From IMG/VR virus record IMGVR_UViG_3300020580_000001, positions 1 through 64,000 of that record: a stretch of DNA of 64,000 bases; one strand, 5' to 3'. Below are positions 25,139 through 34,311 of the stretch, piece after piece. The notes beneath the pieces were generated by a model. That model worked only from the letters and a program-made list of their open reading frames with translations. It was not told where the DNA came from and searched no databases. Source of the DNA: a virus. The translations under genes were made by a program, and so were the position numbers. Position 1 is the stretch's first letter. Each line of letters begins with the position of its first letter.

Positions 25139-28100
25139 TCAAGGATTATTGCTGAACATCGTACCGTCGACTAGATTTATATTGTTCGAAAAAGTCGATG
25201 AACCGCCGCCGCTGCACGTAAGGCACGAACTGCCGGGAAGTGCGAATCTAGGGGAGCCAAAAGCCCCCGCACGGATATCAGCGTAATTATTGCTCACTTG
25301 TACCGCGCCTGTCGTCTGCGTCGGGTCAACTGCATAATGATAGGAAATATTAGCTCCGGTCTGCCCGATCGTTGTATTAAAGCGCGCCTCGCTCGTTCCA
25401 ATATTTCCGTTAATATTAGTTCCGAATGTTACACCCTGGCTTCCGGTCCCTGATGTCTGATTGACCGTATTGAAGTCCCAGGTAATATGGCTAACGGCTC
25501 CAGGACCTCCGCCGGTCTGGAACCAATCCGAATGAGTGCCGCCACCTGGGCCTGTGAATAAATTATACTTAACTACCGCAGTTAGCGATCCTATATCAAT
25601 AAAATCAAGGCTGGCATTAAGAAAATAGTTATACGTAAATGTACAGGAGTCTCCGGTAACGTTCTCATTACAAAAGACATTCCCATCTGAGCCGCCGGTT
25701 ATGCTATGTGCATCGAACTTGTTATATGACGCCGTCAGGCTGGTGCAAGATGACGTTCCGACAAGCATATCTTGCGCATTTGTTCCTCTCCCGAAATTGG
25801 AATTAGTAACGATAAGTGTGCCGCCGGTACAAATAAGCTGCCAGCCGCCATTGGGAGAAAAATCTATACTATCGACTGTCGCATTTGTGCATGTCCACTG
25901 AAAAGTCCCAGCATTACGAGAGCACCCGGCCGGCACTGTAGCCGTAGCCGCGCTAACCGGCGTAATATTGCTTGGGATACCGACCGCATAATCGACACCC
26001 GCCACGTCCCAAGGTGGCCGAACCGAGTAGCCGGCGGCGCTTAGCAAGGTGGGGAATTGAATCGCCGCATTCGGGGCCGCGCCGCATCCGTCCGAATATC
26101 CGGCGCCGGCAAACGGACATGCTCCACTGCTACCGACGACGGCGCTTGTCGGCACACTATTCGCGGGCGAACTCGTCCCGGCTGAATTCGAGGCCACCAC
26201 GGAAACCGTCAATGTATTGCCGATATCTGCTGAAACCGGAGCATACGTGTTAGATGGGCCGTAAGTGCCGGTCGGCCCAACGAATGTAACGGCGTTACTG
26301 ACATGGTTCCGAATGTTCGGCTTGCCTACCGCATAAACTACCGCAGTATAACTCACTCCTGGTGTAAATCCATGTGGCGCAAGATTAAATGTATGCGTGC
26401 CAGAAGCCACATTGCCAATAAAGGCGGAGTTGGCTCCATCAGGCGAGGCATATATTTCATAATGATCTACTGTCGTTTCACTCGCCGTTCCGGTCAACAA
26501 GTTTGGCGTCCAATTCAATGTAGTCCCTGCCGCTGATGCGGTCACGGAGATATCATTCTCATAGGCAGGCTCCGATCCGGTTCCCTCCGGATAATCGTTC
26601 CATGTAGCCCAGTGCATGATATGAATATTAGACGGAATATTCGTATTGATATAAGCGGCACGCTGAACAATCGTCTTTCCGCTGTCTTGCTGAAGATAAG
26701 CGCCGTTTGGCCTGGCAAGTGTTTCGTTATATCCGCCGGCCATGGCCCCAATACCAGCTTTGGCTGGATGCGCGCCAACACAGCTAAGGAAAGTTCCTAT
26801 AGCGCCCAAGTTATATGGATCACCCCCATTAACACCGCCAAACCATGCATCATGCCAATCATAAGGAGCGTCCTCCCATGCTTCATTTATATAGGTGCAG
26901 TTCGTATCGACATCAGACCAGAACATATTCCCGCCCTGATTCGCTTTGACGGTATTCATCGCGGCTTGCCCACCGCCTGCGACGGAATTCATGGAGTTTC
27001 TAACCCCATACATGAGCACTGCTGGGTTCCCATTCACATGCAGCCATGCCGGATCGGAAAAATAAGTTGATTTGAGATGAGCAATCGCCGCTTCCAAGGT
27101 TGCGACCTTGTCGGGGGCGTTTGTAATAGTTCCTTCATCAATATTTACTACATAATGGAATGTCCCGGCTGGCAATGTATCAACATAGGTTTTTATTTTC
27201 TGAAGTATGCTTTCCGCATTAGGATCGGAAAAATTCCAACTGAGTTCGATACCATTGAACCCTCTTGAGATAAGATCAGTAACCCATGCCTGGACATAGG
27301 CCGTGGTATTCATGTTGATCCCCATATGAATCGGCTCGTTCGATGTCCCCCACCATGTCATCGAGTGCATGAGCCAAATATCTGTTGCGTGCGTTGGCGA
27401 TGGAATTAGGGAGTGCACATTTACATGAGATACATGACCAGGCGTGACCGGATTCAGTGATCTATCCTGCTTGGTTGGATCGGTTGCCATGGTGGTTGGG
27501 CCGGGTCCGATATTGGTCGTCGCAGGCGTAAAATTAGCGACATTCAATCCGGCTGGATTAGGCGTATTGAAATTCGTCTGATTATAGGCTGGATTTGCCG
27601 ACGTATTATGTGCAGACAATGATGCGGTAGTCAAGCTTACCGCGGGACTACTATTCCACTGATAAGCAAGATTTGTCGGATTATTCGTCCAATCCGAAAG
27701 AAGGCTATGGGCAGTAAGTGTGCTATTCACTTGCGGTGGTGATAAGCCGGAGATGGTCGGTGGATTTATGTTTACGGGTGGGTTGCCGCTTGGGCCTATT
27801 ACTGTAGCTGACTGACCGCTTGTCGAGGGGGCGCTCGTGCCTCCCGAGTTAGTAGCCGTTACCGTGATCGTTAGCTTATTACCAATGTCGGCAGTGACTG
27901 GAGTATATGTTAGAGTTGTGGCGCCTGGACCGGTCGCGTTTATCCCCCCAGGATTCTTCCATTGATAGGCCGTGCTCGTGACGGTATTGTTCCAGGTCGC
28001 ATCAACCGCCGTTATCGGCACCCCCACTTGCGGAGTGCCAGGGATCGAGGCCACTGTGTTGATCGTTGGCGGGAGGTCGATTATGGCGACCGTGGAGGCG

Positions 28101-28984
28101 CTGGTTGCCGGGGCACTCGCGCCAGCAATATTGGAGGCCGTAACAGAGACGGTAATAAACTCCCCAACATCCTCGGCAATAGGCACATATGTCGAAGCCG
28201 TCCCGTTGACAGTGATCGCAGCCGGAGCAAAGTCTATCGAGGCAACAAAATGATCTGTATTTGTCTGCTGCGACCATGATCCTGGATAGGTAGGCGGCAT
28301 GGTTACGCTAGCATCCAAATCCGTGCAACTGGTCCATGTACTATTATTTGTGCTCGACCTATCCACATTTGAATTAATCTGCGTTCCGCCCCATACGGCG
28401 GACACAACCAGAGATTTTGTCGGATCGAGAGCAAAATTAACCCGGTCTGACACAAAGATACTAGGTCCATTCAAACCTGTAACCGTATTGGCTCCGCTAA
28501 ATGTGAGCCTAACCTGATTGCTGTCAAAGCTAACCCCGTCTCCAGGTCCAAGTTCCCCAACATAGGCACCTGTCAAGGAGCCGGCAGAAGTTCCGGTTCC
28601 GACGCTAAATGCAACCTTGATCGTTCCATTGATCATGCCTGGATTGGTTAAATTAGCAGGAGGAATAATGACCCGGACCTGACATCCATTAAACGTTCCT
28701 CCTACTAATGGAAGGGAGGAGTTGAAAACGTTTGCTGGCTCGCCCCACTGATAGGCGAGACTTGTCGGGTTATTTGCCCAATCCGTGAGAAGACTATGAG
28801 CTGTGAGAGTTTGACCTACCTGCGCGGTTCCCGTAATGGTCGGAAGGATAATATTTGTCGGCGTCATAGTGACTGACACCGGCTGTCTCGTAATAATTAG
28901 AACATTAGCCGATGCCGATATACCTATTAGGAGGGTTAGAGCAACACAGAAACGTTTAAACCAGATCAAAGCGTATAACCCCAT
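25139..28984 (-). CDS. large Ig-like-repeat adhesin/depolymerase with GH71/GH99-like domain and C-terminal beta-helix
   Basis: Signal-like N-terminus; repeats PTI.G..QVG..LTA...W.N.PTS.AYQW; WATWNDYPEGT motif; Asn/Gly/Thr-rich C-terminus. Confidence 0.7.
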   Translation of the reverse strand: MGLYALIWFKRFCVALTLLIGISASANVLIITRQPVSVTMTPTNIILPTITGTAQVGQTLTAHSLLTDWANNPTSLAYQWGEPANVFNSSLPLVGGTFNGCQVRVIIPPANLTNPGMINGTIKVAFSVGTGTSAGSLTGAYVGELGPGDGVSFDSNQVRLTFSGANTVTGLNGPSIFVSDRVNFALDPTKSLVVSAVWGGTQINSNVDRSSTNNSTWTSCTDLDASVTMPPTYPGSWSQQTNTDHFVASIDFAPAAITVNGTASTYVPIAEDVGEFITVSVTASNIAGASAPATSASTVAIIDLPPTINTVASIPGTPQVGVPITAVDATWNNTVTSTAYQWKNPGGINATGPGATTLTYTPVTADIGNKLTITVTATNSGGTSAPSTSGQSATVIGPSGNPPVNINPPTISGLSPPQVNSTLTAHSLLSDWTNNPTNLAYQWNSSPAVSLTTASLSAHNTSANPAYNQTNFNTPNPAGLNVANFTPATTNIGPGPTTMATDPTKQDRSLNPVTPGHVSHVNVHSLIPSPTHATDIWLMHSMTWWGTSNEPIHMGINMNTTAYVQAWVTDLISRGFNGIELSWNFSDPNAESILQKIKTYVDTLPAGTFHYVVNIDEGTITNAPDKVATLEAAIAHLKSTYFSDPAWLHVNGNPAVLMYGVRNSMNSVAGGGQAAMNTVKANQGGNMFWSDVDTNCTYINEAWEDAPYDWHDAWFGGVNGGDPYNLGAIGTFLSCVGAHPAKAGIGAMAGGYNETLARPNGAYLQQDSGKTIVQRAAYINTNIPSNIHIMHWATWNDYPEGTGSEPAYENDISVTASAAGTTLNWTPNLLTGTASETTVDHYEIYASPDGANSAFIGNVASGTHTFNLAPHGFTPGVSYTAVVYAVGKPNIRNHVSNAVTFVGPTGTYGPSNTYAPVSADIGNTLTVSVVASNSAGTSSPANSVPTSAVVGSSGACPFAGAGYSDGCGAAPNAAIQFPTLLSAAGYSVRPPWDVAGVDYAVGIPSNITPVSAATATVPAGCSRNAGTFQWTCTNATVDSIDFSPNGGWQLICTGGTLIVTNSNFGRGTNAQDMLVGTSSCTSLTASYNKFDAHSITGGSDGNVFCNENVTGDSCTFTYNYFLNASLDFIDIGSLTAVVKYNLFTGPGGGTHSDWFQTGGGPGAVSHITWDFNTVNQTSGTGSQGVTFGTNINGNIGTSEARFNTTIGQTGANISYHYAVDPTQTTGAVQVSNNYADIRAGAFGSPRFALPGSSCLTCSGGGSSTFSNNINLVDGTMFSNNP

Positions 28985-29529
28985 GCTTGGATATTTTGCA
29001 CGGTATTACCGGCTCCAAATGCACCGAGAGTAAGCTGAATATTAACGTTCGTGGCGTTTGCTTGTAATGGGGGATTGAACGTAAGCAATAGTGGGGCTAT
29101 TGGAGTTGTAACCCCAGCCGGAACTGTGATGTAATATGTAAAAGTACCTCCAGCAAGGCCGCCAATAGTGAATGTTACAGTTGACGCCCCCGTCGCTCCC
29201 AGTCCAGTAATTTGCACTCCGCATAGAAATGATGTCCTTCCCACAACACCGGTTATGCTGGTGGTGGTAATTGCATTCGCCTGAGTTCCCACCGGAGCAT
29301 TAACAATCGCGCCAACTGGATATGGTATCGATGCCGATGAAACCGGATTTCCGGCAACAACACCCTGCACCGTGACAACATTAGATCCGGCTGGAGGAAC
29401 CCCCGGTGTCCCGCCCTGAATTCCATTATTAAACGATGCCCCGCCACCTTGGCCTATGGCTTGAGCATGCGCGCCTATCACTCCAAAAAATAAGAGCGAA
29501 ACCGCACACCAAACTCCGGTAAATCGCAT
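28966..29529 (-). CDS. exported beta-rich protein
   Basis: GAGGAGG RBS; MRFTGVWCAVSLLFFGVIGAHA signal. Confidence 0.7.
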   Translation of the reverse strand: MRFTGVWCAVSLLFFGVIGAHAQAIGQGGGASFNNGIQGGTPGVPPAGSNVVTVQGVVAGNPVSSASIPYPVGAIVNAPVGTQANAITTTSITGVVGRTSFLCGVQITGLGATGASTVTFTIGGLAGGTFTYYITVPAGVTTPIAPLLLTFNPPLQANATNVNIQLTLGAFGAGNTVQNIQAWGYTL

Positions 29530-29554
29530 AGGCTGGCCTCCTCGAAACTTTCGT

Positions 29555-30235
29555 TCAATCGACGAGGCCATGATAAGCAACAACGGCCGCTGGTGCTGTA
29601 TATGTAAATGGTGTCGCCGCAACTGTTTCGGCACAAGTGATACCAGTAGAATACGCGGCCGGAGGACCGGGGCTATAGCTAATACCAACTGTGGTCGGCC
29701 CCGCGCCCATGGCAACAAAATCAACAGGAGTAATCGCCCCCGCCGTGATCGTAGTTGCATTCACGCAAACAAGGAACCCAGCCACACCACTCGCGGTCGA
29801 TGTCGCATAGACGGAATAGAGATTTCCGGCTCCTGCTTTAAGAGTATGACTAGCTTCTAGCGCAGCGCTGAACACAGGGGTGAGATTGCCGCCCTGAGCA
29901 TTAGTGAGAGGAACAAGGGCGACGGCGTTTGTGACGCCTTGGGTGGTTTGGTCGATGCCAAACTTCCCGACTATATTTGATCCCGCATTCAGCCCAACTG
30001 TGCCAAGGCTCGCAACTCCCGTCGTCAGCTGTACGAACATAGGGTTTCCAATGGCATTTGCCGCACCTCCTATCGTCGGCACAGTCGGCCACGCATTTGC
30101 AGATGATGCCTGCGTGCCCTGATTAACCGTTCCGCCACCGGCACCACCCGTGCCGATGCCGCCGATTTCTTGCGCGAATACGCCCAAAGGAAAAACGGCA
30201 AATAGGAAGATTGCAAGAAGTCTATTGAGTATCAT
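29555..30235 (-). CDS. exported beta-rich protein (paralog of 30232-30873)
   Basis: MILNRLLAIFLFAVFPLGVFA signal; ALEASHTLKAGAGNL domain. Confidence 0.7.
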   Translation of the reverse strand: MILNRLLAIFLFAVFPLGVFAQEIGGIGTGGAGGGTVNQGTQASSANAWPTVPTIGGAANAIGNPMFVQLTTGVASLGTVGLNAGSNIVGKFGIDQTTQGVTNAVALVPLTNAQGGNLTPVFSAALEASHTLKAGAGNLYSVYATSTASGVAGFLVCVNATTITAGAITPVDFVAMGAGPTTVGISYSPGPPAAYSTGITCAETVAATPFTYTAPAAVVAYHGLVD

Positions 30236-30873
30236 TGTATCCTCGCTGAAAGGAATGCAGTTGCAGAAGCAGTCTTTGTGAATGGGCCGGTTGAGGAAAA
30301 CACACCGACCAAACCGGAAGCAAAAGAAAGCGGAAAATATGTAGGATAAGCAATAGAACCAGACGCGCCGGCTCCGACATTGACAACAATAAGAGGCGTT
30401 ACCGCCCCATCGGCCGGAACCGTAGTTTGGTCAAAAAGCATATAAAAGCCGCCAACGCTCGTTGTAAGGCAGTAGGCATCTAAAAGACTTCCGGCGCTAG
30501 TCTTGAATATATGACTTGATTCCAGTGCTCCCGATCTAATGGCCGCGACCGGAGTGGTGCCGGTAGCAGCGCCGGATGGAAGCGGCAACGAGACTGCGGA
30601 AATCGGCTGTGTCGCCTGGAAGAATGTTCCGGTAACGGCTATCGATGCATTGAGCTTGGACCAAATACTAGAAAGCCAGCCTCTAATTCCAATAGCCCCG
30701 GCTGGGGGCGTGACTCCAGTTGCATCGACACCGTCCTGGGCCGGAATAATAAATGTTCCGCCAGCCGGCTCCGTAAGCGCAATTTTCTGAACTTTATTTG
30801 TAGTCGCCGAGTCCTGCCCCATATCGAGAGTGAATGAAGAGCCGGATGCTGTCGGGCTGTTAGTTATAGTCAT
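30232..30873 (-). CDS. virion-associated beta-rich protein
   Basis: ALESSHIFKTSAGSL domain shared with downstream gene. Confidence 0.7.
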   Translation of the reverse strand: MTITNSPTASGSSFTLDMGQDSATTNKVQKIALTEPAGGTFIIPAQDGVDATGVTPPAGAIGIRGWLSSIWSKLNASIAVTGTFFQATQPISAVSLPLPSGAATGTTPVAAIRSGALESSHIFKTSAGSLLDAYCLTTSVGGFYMLFDQTTVPADGAVTPLIVVNVGAGASGSIAYPTYFPLSFASGLVGVFSSTGPFTKTASATAFLSARIQ

Positions 30874-30885
30874 TAATGGTAACCT

Positions 30886-31572
30886 TTAGGCGGCAATCGG
30901 CAGCGAATTAGCAGTAATTTGAAGCGCAATTTTTAGCACATCACTACTAGCCGCAATAACTGGAGATGATGGAGCGCTAATTGACGGTTGGCTTTGCCCA
31001 GCACTATTTGCTGCCGTCACTGTGATCGTAAGAGTTAAACCAAGATCGCCACTCCCCGGCCTATAAGTCAGGCTTGTAGCGCCGAGTCCAGTTGCATTGA
31101 TACCACCGGCCTGCCATTGATAAGTTAGACTTGTAACAGTATTAATCCATGTTGCATCAATTGCCGTAATAGGACTTCCAACCACCGGTATGGTTGGAAT
31201 CGATGGAGGCGTATTGATATGGGGGAGAGCCTGAACTTCGTTGATTTTAAGGTGCGTAGTATGAGGCGAATTTGGCGATCCGCTTAACATTTCCATAAGT
31301 TCAATATCAAATACGCCTTGGCCTGCGGGTGGCGCCGGACCAACTTGGATTACGCCATCAGCAAGTTGCACAGCGCCGAAATTAGAATCCGTCAATAGCA
31401 ATGTAGAGCCGCTTGAGATCCCCTGAATGATTCCGATTACTGTTCCCTGAGGATCTCCGGTCATAAATTGATTTGCGCTAAGAGTTAGTGGAGAAAGTGG
31501 CATGAAAATTGGTGTGTGAACGGCTACCTTATTTCCGAATGACAGTCCCCTAACTGGCGGAGGAGCAATCAT
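30886..31572 (-). CDS. Ig-like/cadherin-like domain protein
   Basis: Shares LTLSAN...PQG.VIG...PNSP domain and the YQW repeat with 38165-40831. Confidence 0.7.
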   Translation of the reverse strand: MIAPPPVRGLSFGNKVAVHTPIFMPLSPLTLSANQFMTGDPQGTVIGIIQGISSGSTLLLTDSNFGAVQLADGVIQVGPAPPAGQGVFDIELMEMLSGSPNSPHTTHLKINEVQALPHINTPPSIPTIPVVGSPITAIDATWINTVTSLTYQWQAGGINATGLGATSLTYRPGSGDLGLTLTITVTAANSAGQSQPSISAPSSPVIAASSDVLKIALQITANSLPIAA

Positions 31573-31602
31573 TTTTTCCTCGACCAGCTTAAAAATGGCG
31601 CA

Positions 31603-31851
31603 TTATTTTGGCTCCGGAGGGATTGTCTCAGGTGGTGCCTGCATTGGCTTAACGTCAGGTGGGCAAGTGACCGGCGGCGGCTGATGTTGCACTTCGTTTT
31701 GAAGCATCCCCACTACTCCGGTAACCGATAGCCTCTGAAACAGCTCCTCGACTAGCGGAGCACTCAGAACGATGGTCTTTTGCGGCAGCACCGTCTGGGC
31801 CATGGCCACAGTCGGGATGAAGAGTAGGAACGCGATCAATAGATGCTTCAT
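31603..31851 (-). CDS. small exported protein
   Basis: MKHLLIAFLLFIPTVAMA signal; GGAGG RBS. Confidence 0.65.
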   Translation of the reverse strand: MKHLLIAFLLFIPTVAMAQTVLPQKTIVLSAPLVEELFQRLSVTGVVGMLQNEVQHQPPPVTCPPDVKPMQAPPETIPPEPK

Positions 31852-32108
31852 TGGCTTTTCCTCCACCATGCCTTGACGTGACCACCCCTGATGTTGTTGC
31901 CCTCGTCTTCCGCTGCCTTCCGATGCGCGTACGCCGTTTCGTCAAGCGCGCAATGCTCAAACCCAGCATCCCAGGTTACGCCAATACGCGGGTTCGATAT
32001 GTGTCGGTACGGCCGGCAAGCCGCGTAGGCGGCGTCGAGGTCATCGGCTCGAGCCGCTAGAATCATCACTGTCCACACTAGTAGCAAGATCGTCGCAAAA
32101 AGTTTCAT
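31848..32108 (-). CDS. small exported protein
   Basis: MKLFATILLLVWTVMILAARA signal. Confidence 0.65.
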   Translation of the reverse strand: MKLFATILLLVWTVMILAARADDLDAAYAACRPYRHISNPRIGVTWDAGFEHCALDETAYAHRKAAEDEGNNIRGGHVKAWWRKSQ

Positions 32109-32117
32109 CGGTATCCC

Positions 32118-33359
32118 TCAGCTCGTCTGAATCCAGTTAGGTCCGGCGATGCACTCGAACGAATGGCCTAAGTAAGGAGCGACAAGGTACGGCCCAGCAT
32201 AAAGAACTCCTCCCGCCGTCGCGGTTACCGTCAACGTGGTGATTTGCTGATTGCTAACAAATCCGGCCCGCTTCCCAAAAACTGCCGACGCGCATGTCGG
32301 AAGCTGCAAAGTCAAAGTGGCGATTGTCCCGGCAGGGGACAATATCTGAAAGTCCTTATTGTCTGCCAGGATCACCGTCTGTCCGGTAGTTGGTGCGGTG
32401 TTCGTATAGCTTTGGTCTACGATCGCCGCGTTGATTAAGAGAATGCCGCCGCTGGAATATGTCCCGGTAAGCGAGAGACCCCACGGGGACGTGCTGGCAT
32501 CTTGCATCCCAGACGACGACTTTGTGCCGCTGGAGAAAAACCCTATTGGAGTCGTCGCGGCATCCCAAAATCCGGCAGACCCATGTGACCCGCTATCGTA
32601 ATAACTATAGGATGAAGAGCTTGCATCATGAATAACATAATCTTTAATCGTCCAGGCATTAGGAGGAATATAAATCAAATCATGGGCTGCATATGTCGAG
32701 GTATTGATGGTGCCTACATTTATCATTGCAGCAATAGGTTGCAAAGATGCGGCAAGAATGCTAAGTCCAACTCCGACAGCGCCGGATACCCCCGCCTCAG
32801 GATAAGGAATATTATTATTATTTAGGTCTATTTCCGGCCCCGACATCGAAAAGTTTCCGACGCCGGAATCCATAATTGTCACAAAATTTGCAACATAGGT
32901 GTTTGTCGTGCCCACATGGCCTATTGACTGAACCGCCAGAGGCATCTTAAATGCCGCCGTATTCGGAGCATTCCCGGACGCCGCTCCGGTACTGGACTGC
33001 ATTTGAATAAATGTTGTAAGTTCTGGGGTAGCCGCCGAAGCGGCTGTGACATTGAAATACGCAGCAGCATTCTCGGAAAGTCCGGAGAATGCAACCGTCT
33101 GAGCCGGTGCCCCGGACATGATCATATTGGCGAGAGTGGAAAGACCGGTAAGTGTAGGAGCCGCACTAAATACGACATTGCCGCTGCCCGTCGTCCCTAT
33201 TGAGGCAAAATCCGAGGTGCATAATAGACGGCCCTTAAAAAATCCAGTTGCTCCACATGGTGACGCCATAAATGTTCCAGCCGGCTGTGCCGCTTTTTGT
33301 GCTAGCGCGATTGACGGCATTAGAAATACAAGGATTACTGCAATAAAATATTTCATCAC
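32118..33359 (-). CDS. exported tail-fibre/spike-like protein
   Basis: MKYFIAVILVFLMPSIALA signal; TTGSGNVVFSAAPTL fibre-like motif; C-terminal PAGTIATLTLQLP domain. Confidence 0.65.
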   Translation of the reverse strand: MMKYFIAVILVFLMPSIALAQKAAQPAGTFMASPCGATGFFKGRLLCTSDFASIGTTGSGNVVFSAAPTLTGLSTLANMIMSGAPAQTVAFSGLSENAAAYFNVTAASAATPELTTFIQMQSSTGAASGNAPNTAAFKMPLAVQSIGHVGTTNTYVANFVTIMDSGVGNFSMSGPEIDLNNNNIPYPEAGVSGAVGVGLSILAASLQPIAAMINVGTINTSTYAAHDLIYIPPNAWTIKDYVIHDASSSSYSYYDSGSHGSAGFWDAATTPIGFFSSGTKSSSGMQDASTSPWGLSLTGTYSSGGILLINAAIVDQSYTNTAPTTGQTVILADNKDFQILSPAGTIATLTLQLPTCASAVFGKRAGFVSNQQITTLTVTATAGGVLYAGPYLVAPYLGHSFECIAGPNWIQTS

Positions 33360-33760
33360 GATCCCACCGGCGCATCTGTTGATACAACTCTCCAGGATCC
33401 TGCCGAATAATAAACCGGAACACCGGTTCCTGATCCGGTAGTCTCGCCGATCTTCAATCCGTTTGTTGCAAATGCTCGTAGTCCCTCACTGCCAGCCGGA
33501 AGCCCTGCCACGGAGGTAATTATTCCAGTCCCTCCGGCAGATGCCGCAGCGGCAGAAGCCGAGGCCTGCGCCGAGGCCGCCGCTGCCAACGCCACCGCTT
33601 CAGCGCTATTGCAAATAGCCGCCGCGGCAATGGCAGCATCATTAGCCGTTTTGGTCTGACTGCCATATAATTGCGCAGCCGCAATTGCATCGCTCAATGT
33701 GGGCTGAAGAACCGCAAGCGCCGAGTCCGGAGCGGTGACGACAACTGTGTCGGCACACAT
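33356..33760 (-). CDS. fibre-like protein (Ala-rich stalk)
   Basis: Ala-rich helix plus GTGVPVYYSAGSWR tip motif. Confidence 0.6.
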   Translation of the reverse strand: MCADTVVVTAPDSALAVLQPTLSDAIAAAQLYGSQTKTANDAAIAAAAICNSAEAVALAAAASAQASASAAAASAGGTGIITSVAGLPAGSEGLRAFATNGLKIGETTGSGTGVPVYYSAGSWRVVSTDAPVGS

Positions 33761-33772
33761 TATGGGACAGGC

Positions 33773-34129
33773 CTATTCATAAGTAACCCCACCGGTAATC
33801 ACAAATGCACCGCCGGTCAGAATTTTAACAAATCCGGAAAATATCAATGCCAAGTCCCACTCATAATTTCCTGGCACAAGAAGAATCATGTCGGAATACG
33901 GCGCCGAAAGATAAAGTAATCCGGTTGCATCGGTGTATGTAATTGTACCATTGCCCCAATTATCTACCGGATTGGATGACCATGCATAAATAATAGGAGG
34001 AACTTTTACGGGCATCGATCTAATCTGCATATGAAATACACAAGCAGTCAGTGGGTAGATCGGCTTCCATTGCGCGATATTGAGCGATAGTGCAAAAGAT
34101 TGGTTATTCTCAAATGATAGATCCATCAC
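33773..34129 (-). CDS. baseplate/fibre adaptor-like protein
   Basis: MQIR...GNYEWDL...LTGGAFVITGGVT BppU-like pattern. Confidence 0.55.
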   Translation of the reverse strand: MMDLSFENNQSFALSLNIAQWKPIYPLTACVFHMQIRSMPVKVPPIIYAWSSNPVDNWGNGTITYTDATGLLYLSAPYSDMILLVPGNYEWDLALIFSGFVKILTGGAFVITGGVTYE

Positions 34130-34311
34130 AGTCCATATGTCGCTAACATAGCCAGCATCTCGGCTTCTGTCGCAATGAAGCTAGGTACTCCGAATGTTGC
34201 TTTCCATGTCACATAAGTAGCGTCACTAATAGCGAAATAAGCATGGCGCTTGCTTGAATATACATGTGAGACATCGCCGGCGACGATCCAATACCAATCA
34301 AATGGGAACAT
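34126..34311 (-). CDS. small tail-fibre-associated protein
   Basis: DWYWIVAGD...VYSS; follows tail fibre. Confidence 0.55.
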   Translation of the reverse strand: MFPFDWYWIVAGDVSHVYSSKRHAYFAISDATYVTWKATFGVPSFIATEAEMLAMLATYGL

